From contig CAVZYD010000006.1 in assembly GCA_963779425.1 (NCBI GenBank), positions 586,704 to 650,703 on the forward strand: 64,000 nt of DNA, read 5' to 3'. Below the pieces are notes generated by a model. It saw only the letters and a program-made list of their open reading frames with translations, was not told the origin of the DNA and made no database searches. Numbering within the stretch: position 1 is the stretch's first letter; the number at the start of each line of letters is the position of its first letter. A program made the position numbers and the translations under genes. This document shows positions 57,781-64,000 of this stretch, piece by piece. The DNA comes from an uncultured Acidimicrobiaceae bacterium. Its GTDB lineage: Bacteria; Actinomycetota; Acidimicrobiia; Acidimicrobiales; Bog-793.

Positions 57781-58566
57781 ATGGCTGACAAGGACATCTA
57801 CGACAAAGCCCTCCTCAGGCTGCAATCGGAGCTCGTGAGCATGCAGCAGTGGGTACGCGACGAGGAAAAGCGCGTGGTGATCGTCGTCGAGGGCCGGGAC
57901 GCAGCCGGCAAGGGGGGAGTGATAAAGCGGATCACCGAGCACCTCAATCCGCGTTGGTGCCGCATCGCAGCTCTCCCAGCCCCGAGCGACCGCGAGCGCA
58001 CCGAGTGGTACTTCCAGCGCTACATAGCCCATCTCCCCGCCGGGGGCGAGATCGTCTTGTTCGACCGCAGCTGGTACAACCGGGCCGGGGTCGAGCGCGT
58101 GATGGGGTTTTGCACCGACGAGGAGTACCACCGTTTCTTCCGTCAGTGCCCGGCGTTCGAGCGCATGCTCATCGACGACGGGATCATCCTTTTGAAGTAC
58201 TGGTTCTCGGTCAGCGACGACGAGCAGGAGCGCCGGTTCAAGGACCGCCTCAACGACCCCCTCAAGCGCTGGAAGCTGAGCGACATGGACCTCGAGGGCC
58301 GCAAGCGCTGGGTCGAGTACTCCAAAGCCAAAGACGAGATGTTCGCCCATTGCGACCTGCCTGACTCGCCCTGGTACGAGGTCGAGGCAAACGACAAGAA
58401 ACGGGCCCGGCTCAACTGCATTGCCCATCTACTCTCGGTGATCCCCTACGAACAACGAGAGACGCCCAAGCTCAAGTTGGCTCCGCGGACCCCGGTGGGC
58501 GACTACAAGCGCCCGCCGCGGGACCGGTACCGTTACGTCCCCGACTACGCCGCCACGTTGCACTGA
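57781..58566 (+). CDS. ppk2: polyphosphate kinase 2 (PPK2)
   Basis: From ATG 57781: ...VVIVVEGRDAAGKGGVIKRI (Walker A), ...YFQRYIAHLPAGGEIVLFDRSWYNR..., ...LLKYWFSVSDDEQERRF...RWKLSDMD are PPK2 signatures. Confidence 0.9.
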   Translation: MADKDIYDKALLRLQSELVSMQQWVRDEEKRVVIVVEGRDAAGKGGVIKRITEHLNPRWCRIAALPAPSDRERTEWYFQRYIAHLPAGGEIVLFDRSWYNRAGVERVMGFCTDEEYHRFFRQCPAFERMLIDDGIILLKYWFSVSDDEQERRFKDRLNDPLKRWKLSDMDLEGRKRWVEYSKAKDEMFAHCDLPDSPWYEVEANDKKRARLNCIAHLLSVIPYEQRETPKLKLAPRTPVGDYKRPPRDRYRYVPDYAATLH

Positions 58567-58600
58567 GCGAGGAGCGGTCCCTGGTTCTTATATTGGTCCG

Positions 58601-59062
58601 ATGCCCCTTGAAGGAGAATACGAGCCCAGCCCGCAACAATGGGTGAGGGACCAGGTCGCGGAGTACGAGGCCTCTGGAGGCCGGCGTGCGAACACGCTTC
58701 GTGACACAGGACTGCCCGTCATCATCGTCACCACCAAAGGCAACAAGAGCGGCAAGATCCGCAAGTTCGCCCTCATGAGGGTCGAGCACAACGGCCAGTA
58801 CGCCCTGGTCGCCTCGAAAGGCGGTGCCCCCCATCATCCGGTCTGGTACTACAACCTGATCTCGGACCCGGAGGCCGTCGTGATCCAGGACGGCCCCGAG
58901 CCCTTTGACGCCGTAGTGCGGGAGGTGACGGGCGACGAGAAGGCCGCCTGGTGGGAGCGCGCCGTGGCCGCCTATCCGCCTTATGCCGAATACCAGTCCA
59001 ACACGACTCGCGAGATACCCGTCTTTGTCGCCAGCCGCAAGCCCCAAAGGGCTGCCGACTAG
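58601..59062 (+). CDS. nitroreductase-family deazaflavin (F420H2)-dependent oxidoreductase (Ddn-like)
   Basis: ...PVIIVTTKGNKSGKIRKFALMRVEHNGQYALVASKGGAPHHPVWYYNLISDPE...REIPVFV matches the family pattern, including the HP.WY.NL motif. Confidence 0.85.
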   Translation: MPLEGEYEPSPQQWVRDQVAEYEASGGRRANTLRDTGLPVIIVTTKGNKSGKIRKFALMRVEHNGQYALVASKGGAPHHPVWYYNLISDPEAVVIQDGPEPFDAVVREVTGDEKAAWWERAVAAYPPYAEYQSNTTREIPVFVASRKPQRAAD

Positions 59063-59097
59063 CTGTCAGCCGGCCGGTTGGCTGGCGATCGGTCCTG

Positions 59098-60372
59098 TCA
59101 GGCCTGGCCCCCGACGACGGGCTGGGGGACGGGACCTGGTTGGGGGAGGGGAACGTGCACGAACGGCAGCACCGCGACCGTGGCCGCGTTCAGCGTGCCA
59201 GTTGTCAGATAGGTCCCGACAACGCCTGCGCGCACCCCGACACACACATCGGCGAACGAGGGCGTCGTTACACCGGGGTCGATGAACTTCGTCGTGGTGG
59301 CGACATCGACGGTGACAATCCCCTGGCGCCAGTTGCCCACGAGGGTGAACTCGCCGGCGCTGGAGGCGGTGCCACAGGTGCCAGTCGTGGAGACGCCGTT
59401 CACAGAGGTGACGGTGCCTTGGTCAAGGCCGAGGTTAGGCGGTGTCACCGCGACCGAGGTTGCCGTCAGGGTCGCTCCCGAAAGGGCGCCCAGGGCCTTC
59501 ACGTTGTCGCCGACGCAGACGTCGGCGAACGAGGGCGTCGGGTCGGCGGCATCAGTGAAGGTGGTGGTCGCCGAGACGTCGATGGTCACGCTGGCCGTGG
59601 ACCGGCGCGGGGCGACGCTGAAGTAGCCTGCGACGCCTGAGCTGCCGCAGCTGTCGGAGGTCGACGAGCCGTTGACCGAGGTGACGAGGCCCGAGACCGA
59701 GTCCGGCCTCGGGGGCTGCACCGTGACCGAGCTGGCCGTGAGCACCTCGGAGGCGAAGGTGCCGAGGATCTCCACTTCGCTGCCGACGCACACGTCGGCG
59801 AACGACGGCGTCGTGACGGCGGTGTCGGCGAAGGTCGTCGCCGAGACGACGTCCACGGTCACGATGCGAAGGCGCCTGCCCACGAAGGTGAATGTGCCCG
59901 TCTCAGTGGCGACTCCGCAGCTGCCGACGGCGGAGGCACCGTTGACGGAGGTGACTACACCGTTGGTCTGGTGGGTGGTGTTCGGGGGCAGCACCGTGAC
60001 AGAGCTGGCGCTTACCGTGCCCGAAGTGTTGGTGCCGGTGATGCGCACGTGGTTGCCAACGCACACATCGGCGAAGGACGGGGACGGGTCGGCGGAGTCG
60101 GAGAAGGTCGTCGTCGACAAGACGTCAATGGTCACGATACGGAGGCGCTGGCCGACAACTGTGAACGAGCCCGTAGCGCCGGCGCTGCCACAGGAATTCA
60201 CAGCAGAACTGCCGTTAACCGAAGTCACGACCGAGCCGGCGCGCTGACCTCCCTGGCCCCCACGACCGTGGTGAGCGGGTGCAGCGGCGGCGACGGCCGA
60301 CCCTCCGAGGATCACGACGCCGACCACCAACGCGACCGCGCCCGGACGCAACTGCTTGATCCTGGCGAACAT
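59098..60372 (-). CDS. secreted protein with four tandem DUF5666-like domains
   Basis: It has signal peptide MFARIKQLRPGAVALVVGVVILGGSAVAAA. Four ~85-90-aa repeats follow, each shaped VTSVNG.S....CG.....G.F..VG.R..IVT.DV...T.F.D.....PSFADVCVG..V...G.......L.A.SV.V, with two conserved Cys per repeat. Confidence 0.7.
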   Translation of the reverse strand: MFARIKQLRPGAVALVVGVVILGGSAVAAAAPAHHGRGGQGGQRAGSVVTSVNGSSAVNSCGSAGATGSFTVVGQRLRIVTIDVLSTTTFSDSADPSPSFADVCVGNHVRITGTNTSGTVSASSVTVLPPNTTHQTNGVVTSVNGASAVGSCGVATETGTFTFVGRRLRIVTVDVVSATTFADTAVTTPSFADVCVGSEVEILGTFASEVLTASSVTVQPPRPDSVSGLVTSVNGSSTSDSCGSSGVAGYFSVAPRRSTASVTIDVSATTTFTDAADPTPSFADVCVGDNVKALGALSGATLTATSVAVTPPNLGLDQGTVTSVNGVSTTGTCGTASSAGEFTLVGNWRQGIVTVDVATTTKFIDPGVTTPSFADVCVGVRAGVVGTYLTTGTLNAATVAVLPFVHVPLPQPGPVPQPVVGGQA

Positions 60373-60526
60373 CTAGTGCCTCCCTCGCTAGAGACTGTCG
60401 CGCGAATAATACTCTGCTTCAGTATCGCTTTAGCACGCGCCAGTACCTTGGGACGGCCGCGGAACTAAGGTCGCCTCGAACCGCCCGCGCGGAAGCCAGA
60501 CGAAGCCGACGGAGGCCAGGCCGCAC

Positions 60527-61558
60527 ATGCCGACAATCCAAGCTCGGGGGCTGACGAAGCGTTTCGGTGGGAAGGTCCTCGCCGTCGACCATCTCGACTT
60601 CGACGCCATCCCGGGCGGGGTAACAGGCTTCCTCGGCCCGAACGGGGCCGGCAAGACAACCACGCTGCGGATGCTCCTCGGCCTCGTCACCCCGACCTCG
60701 GGCAGCGTGCTTGTCGACGGCCATCGCTATCGCGACCTGCCCGATCCCACCGAGCGCATCGGCGCCGTGCTCGAGGCGTCGGGGTTCCACCCAGCTCGCA
60801 CGGCGCGCAACCACCTGAGGATCGTGGCGAACATGGCGAACCTGCCCTTTTCCAGGGTGGAGGAGTGTCTCGACCTTGTGGGACTTTCCGAGGTCGCCGA
60901 CCGCAAGGTGGGTGGCTTCTCGATGGGCATGCGCCAGCGCCTCGAGCTTGCTCGCGCCCTGATGGGCAAGCCGGACATCCTCGTCCTCGACGAACCGGCC
61001 AACGGCCTCGACCCCCAGGGCATCGCGTGGCTGCGCGACTTCCTCCGTTTCTACGCCTCGGAGAAACCCGTCTCGGGCGACGGTCGCATCGTGATCGTGT
61101 CCTCACACCTCCTCTCTGAAGCGCAGCTGATCGTGGACGATGTCATCGTCCTCACCGCCGGCCGCCTCGCCGCCCAGGGCAGGTTGGCGGACCTGCTTGC
61201 CGGCACGAAGCGTTCCGTCCGGGTCCGAACGCCCGATGCGGAGCGCCTCGTTCACGCCCTCAAGGCGGCGGGTCTTCCCGCCGTGTTTCAAGATGGATTC
61301 GTCGTGTGCGAAGGGTGCACGCCCGAACTCGTGGGTCCGGTCATGGTCGAGAACCGGATCGAGGTGCACGAGATGGTCTCTTCGACCGAATCGCTCGAGT
61401 CCCTCTTCTTCTCGCTGACAGGAGGTGAGCCGGCAATGGCCGGCCAGCCTGCGGCGCCTATGGGCGATTACCGCCGTTTTAACGACGGCCCGGCGCCTCC
61501 GCCCGCCCAGGCGCAGATGCCTTCATCGTCGCCAGGGCCGGTCGGAGGTCAGCGGTGA
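60527..61558 (+). CDS. ABC transporter ATP-binding protein (ABC-2 / DrrA-like)
   Basis: Walker A GPNGAGKTTTL, signature FSMGMRQRLELARAL, Walker B ILVLDEPANGLD, H-loop VSSHLL. The C-terminal extension is Pro/Ala-rich. Confidence 0.9.
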   Translation: MPTIQARGLTKRFGGKVLAVDHLDFDAIPGGVTGFLGPNGAGKTTTLRMLLGLVTPTSGSVLVDGHRYRDLPDPTERIGAVLEASGFHPARTARNHLRIVANMANLPFSRVEECLDLVGLSEVADRKVGGFSMGMRQRLELARALMGKPDILVLDEPANGLDPQGIAWLRDFLRFYASEKPVSGDGRIVIVSSHLLSEAQLIVDDVIVLTAGRLAAQGRLADLLAGTKRSVRVRTPDAERLVHALKAAGLPAVFQDGFVVCEGCTPELVGPVMVENRIEVHEMVSSTESLESLFFSLTGGEPAMAGQPAAPMGDYRRFNDGPAPPPAQAQMPSSSPGPVGGQR

Positions 61559-62413
61559 GGGGCCTTTTGACTGCAGAGGTCCGCAAGCTATGGACGATCT
61601 GGTCCAGCTATGTGGTCCTCCTGATCGTGGTCGTGATCGACCTGCTGTTCGGGTTCATAATCGCCTTCGCGCCCGGTGGGCGTCACCGCGGGGCCGCCGG
61701 TCTCGTCCCGCACGGCTCGTCCCAGTGGTTCACGAACGTGTTCGCCGTGCTCGACAACTCGCGGCTGCTTGGCGCTCGTGCTCGGGGTGCTCATCATCAC
61801 CGGGGAGTACCGCCACAAGACCGTCACGCCGACCTTCCTCGCCGAACCGCGCCGGGGTCGTGTCGTGACAGCGAAACTCGGGGTGAGCTTCGGGGCGGGT
61901 CTCGTTCTCGGGGCGATCACGATGTTGACAGGCCTTGTCATAGGCCTCGTTCTCGTCGGCCTCAAGGTGCACTCATGCCTGTCTTTCGCCGGCGTGGGCC
62001 AGGGCGTGTCGCAGGCGATGTGTTCGGCGCAGCACGGTCTTTACTACGTGGCGAACACCCACGACATGTGGCACGACTGGTCGCAGATCGCCCCCGGCGT
62101 CATTCTCGGGACAGGTCTGTTCGCCATCTACGGGCTCGGTCTCGGCGCGTTGTTGAAGAACCAGATCGTGGCCATCGTCGTCGGGCTCATCTTCACCCTG
62201 GTCGTCGAGTCGATCATCGTTGCCGTATGGCCCACTATCGGGGAGTACCTTCCCGGCCAGGCGGCCACGGCGCTCGAGGACGCCGCCAGGACGAGCTTCT
62301 CGGGCACTGCGCAGTTGTTGCCCTGGTGGGGCGGGGCGGGCATGCTCCTCGTCTACGGCATTGCGCTGGCTCTGGTGGGAACCTTCACGACCCTTCGCTC
62401 TGACATCACCTGA
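61555..62413 (+). pseudogene. ABC-2-type transporter permease, one frameshift near 61767 as sequenced
   Basis: GTG 61555 overlaps the ATPase stop (GTGA). Frame 1 gives MRGLLTAEVRKLWTIWSSYVVLLIVVVIDLLFGF...WFTNVFAVLDNSRL. The protein continues in frame 2 as LALVLGVLIITGEYRHKTVTPTFLAEPRRGRVVTAKL... with further TM helices to TGA 62411-62413. Confidence 0.75.
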
Positions 62414-62575
62414 AGGTCCGGCCGGCCGCGCTGTACCGCCAAAGCTGACTGAGGCTGACCCGTCGCGCTCCCAACCGGAAAATCGCGACCAAACACCATC
62501 GTGCCCTATCGCCGGCCGGCATAGGTGTGTACTCTGAGTAAGATGACGATCTAGGTACGAGGAGGTTACGGGCAC

Positions 62576-63073
62576 ATGACGAAGACGCTGGCGGGTACAT
62601 GGTTGGCCGAGGTCCGCGACGACTCGCTGTGGGACCGTGAGCCCTATTACCCGAGCCTTGACGAGGGCTACGGCATGGTTCTCAACGGCGAGTGGCCGGA
62701 CGCGCTCTGGGCGCTGTTGAACCACCTTTCGGACGAGCTCGCCAACGTCACCTCCCGAACCTGCGGACTGCGCGACCAGGTCGACCCGGACGGCTCCCTG
62801 GACCGGCTCGAGACCCGGTTGATGAGCGCCCTCAAGTCCCTTCGCCGAGCGGAGCCGTACCAACCGTGGGAGTTCGAGATGGACGGCTGCCGCTACCGGC
62901 TTTTCATCGCCGGGGCAGAACGTGCGGCTTCACCGTCGCCGGTTGAGGTCGAGGCGATCGCGGGGAGTCTTGCCGCCGACGCCTTTTCCTCTTGGGTTTC
63001 TCCCCAGATCGTTCCCTGGGGCGACCCGACCCGCCGTCCGAGTCGCCGCCGGCGAGCGGGAGGACACCGATGA
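62576..63073 (+). CDS. hypothetical protein
   Basis: 165-aa ORF from ATG 62576, preceded by GAGGAGG. I recognise no family, and the C-terminus is Arg-rich. Confidence 0.4.
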   Translation: MTKTLAGTWLAEVRDDSLWDREPYYPSLDEGYGMVLNGEWPDALWALLNHLSDELANVTSRTCGLRDQVDPDGSLDRLETRLMSALKSLRRAEPYQPWEFEMDGCRYRLFIAGAERAASPSPVEVEAIAGSLAADAFSSWVSPQIVPWGDPTRRPSRRRRAGGHR

Positions 63074-63203
63074 GCGGCGTCCCCCGAACCGTTGAAGCGG
63101 GCGGCGCCCTGCGGGCTTAAGGCAAGCTCGTCGCCCTAAACGGTGCGGACCGCCTCGGACGCGTCGCCGACCATTGCTGGCGGAGCCGGCACACGCGACG
63201 TCT

Positions 63204-63585
63204 TAACGGCGCCGGCCCGCGACCCATGCCGTCGCGCCGAAGCCGGCGACGGCCCAGGCGCCAAGGACGATGAACGAGATCGACACGTGCGCCAGCTCGC
63301 CGGAGGTGAGCCCTGCTCGAGTGACGACGGCCATGTAGTAAAAGGGAAGGAAGTAGTGCACGGTCGTGAATCACGCGGGTAATTGCGATGCCGGGTAGAC
63401 GATCGGTGAGAACAAGAGAGCGGCGAATGCCGACCAACCCGTAGACCTCGCCCGGCTCCACGCGAAGCGAGATGCCGTCGTTGGCGGCTAGAGCATCGAA
63501 ACGCTTCGTGAGCCGCTCGACGCGAAAAGTCCAGTCCTTGCTTGGTCTGCTTTCGGTGCGCTCGGGCCGGCGGAGGGGTTCGTCA
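63204..63585 (-). pseudogene. remnant of an ABC-2 transporter operon: ATPase N-terminus fused by deletion to the last ~70 codons of a permease
   Basis: Minus-strand reading gives ...FRVERLTKRFDALAANDGISLRVEPGEVYGLVG, an ABC ATPase up to the first residues of Walker A. It then breaks off near 63420-63430. Another frame continues LLFSPIVYPASQLPA-TGA(63371-63373)-FTTVHYFLPFYYMAVVTRAGLTSGELAHVSISFIVLGAWAVAGFGATAWVAGRRR, the ABC-2 permease C-terminus, to TAA 63204-63206. The only plausible start (ATG 63583, ATGA overlap with the GNAT stop) is out of frame with the ATPase segment. Confidence 0.6.
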
Positions 63586-64000
63586 TCGCCAGTCGTCGAG
63601 GACCCAGCTGGCGGCCGTGTCGTAGCCGTCCTCGTTCGGGCGATGCATCGAGATGCCCTGGAACTGGGTGCGGAAGCCCCTTTCGCGAAGTGCGCCGTAA
63701 GCGTGCTCACGCCCGAAGTTCACCCCGGCCTGCAAGACCGAGACGCCGGCAGAAGAGGCGAGGTCGTGGCAGGCGTCGATCAGCCGGTCGAAGTATCGGG
63801 CAGCACCGGGGCCGGGCCTTATGGCGGCGAACTTCACATAGCACATGTCGCTCCCCGCTTCGGTCCCTGGCCCGATGTGGCACACCGCCACACCCTGCAG
63901 ACCCGAGGCGTCCTCGATCAGCACCGTCTCGCCGAGATTCTGATCGAGCACCGCCTCGAGCTCCCCGCTCACGTCGAGGCCGTCGAAGATCTCGCCGGTA
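63583..64000 (-). CDS. GNAT-family acetyltransferase, C-terminal part (5' end beyond the window)
   Basis: ...GVAVCHIGPGTEAGSDMCYVKFAAIRPGPGAARYFDRLIDACHDLASSAGVSVLQAGVNFGREHAYGALRERGFRTQFQGISMHRP is a GNAT-like fold. The reading frame is still open at base 64000. Confidence 0.55.
   Translation of the reverse strand, partial: TGEIFDGLDVSGELEAVLDQNLGETVLIEDASGLQGVAVCHIGPGTEAGSDMCYVKFAAIRPGPGAARYFDRLIDACHDLASSAGVSVLQAGVNFGREHAYGALRERGFRTQFQGISMHRPNEDGYDTAASWVLDDWR

Noticed and set aside
59062-59098. Bidirectional rho-independent terminator between convergent genes (CAGCC-GGCCGGTT-GGCTG)
   Set aside because: The stem is only 5 bp and there is no flanking T or A tract. This is not convincing evidence for an intrinsic terminator.

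Overview
High-GC (by eye about 65-70%) actinobacterial-type chromosomal segment. Gene order rplY-pth-mfd ... mazG-eno-ftsB ... DUF501-ppx supports this, as does an F420/deazaflavin-type oxidoreductase.

I can support about 55 protein genes, one tRNA, two tandem-repeat arrays, two promoter/operator candidates and one large unassigned non-coding region. There is no rRNA, CRISPR array, integrase or transposase.

Main observations:
1. The first 13 kb is riddled with frame disruptions in seven consecutive genes, five of them core housekeeping genes: pth, mfd, mazG, eno, ftsB, xdhC-like and a FUSC-family gene. I count at least 19 indel-type frame changes plus one in-frame TGA. The next ~48 kb reads cleanly. 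This is most simply sequence or assembly error, but it needs checking.
2. A canonical 74-nt cloverleaf tRNA at 25286-25359 carries anticodon UAA (a Leu codon reader) on a short-variable-arm (class I) body. That is not the architecture of bacterial tRNA-Leu.
3. A perfect 66-bp x 4.7 tandem array at 30665-30975 encodes a Trp-rich 22-aa repeat in a putative secreted protein. It also contains the stop codon of the convergent lgt gene.
4. The ~750-bp stretch between lgt and bioY (31999-32746) is ORF-poor and hairpin-rich. I could not assign it to tmRNA or RNase P.
5. A translationally coupled three-gene module has two double-YbjQ (UPF0145) proteins plus a small unknown protein.
6. A visibly lower-GC ~9 kb island (36.0-44.9 kb) encodes a putative D-amino-acid/peptide utilisation set whose ABC importer lacks ATPase genes.
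7. A coiled-coil NlpC/P60 hydrolase lies divergent from a MacB/FtsX-type ABC pair.
8. A deletion-fused ABC remnant lies at the right edge.

All calls rest on reading the supplied translations and sequence by eye. No searches or folding programs were run, and the GC statements are estimates.
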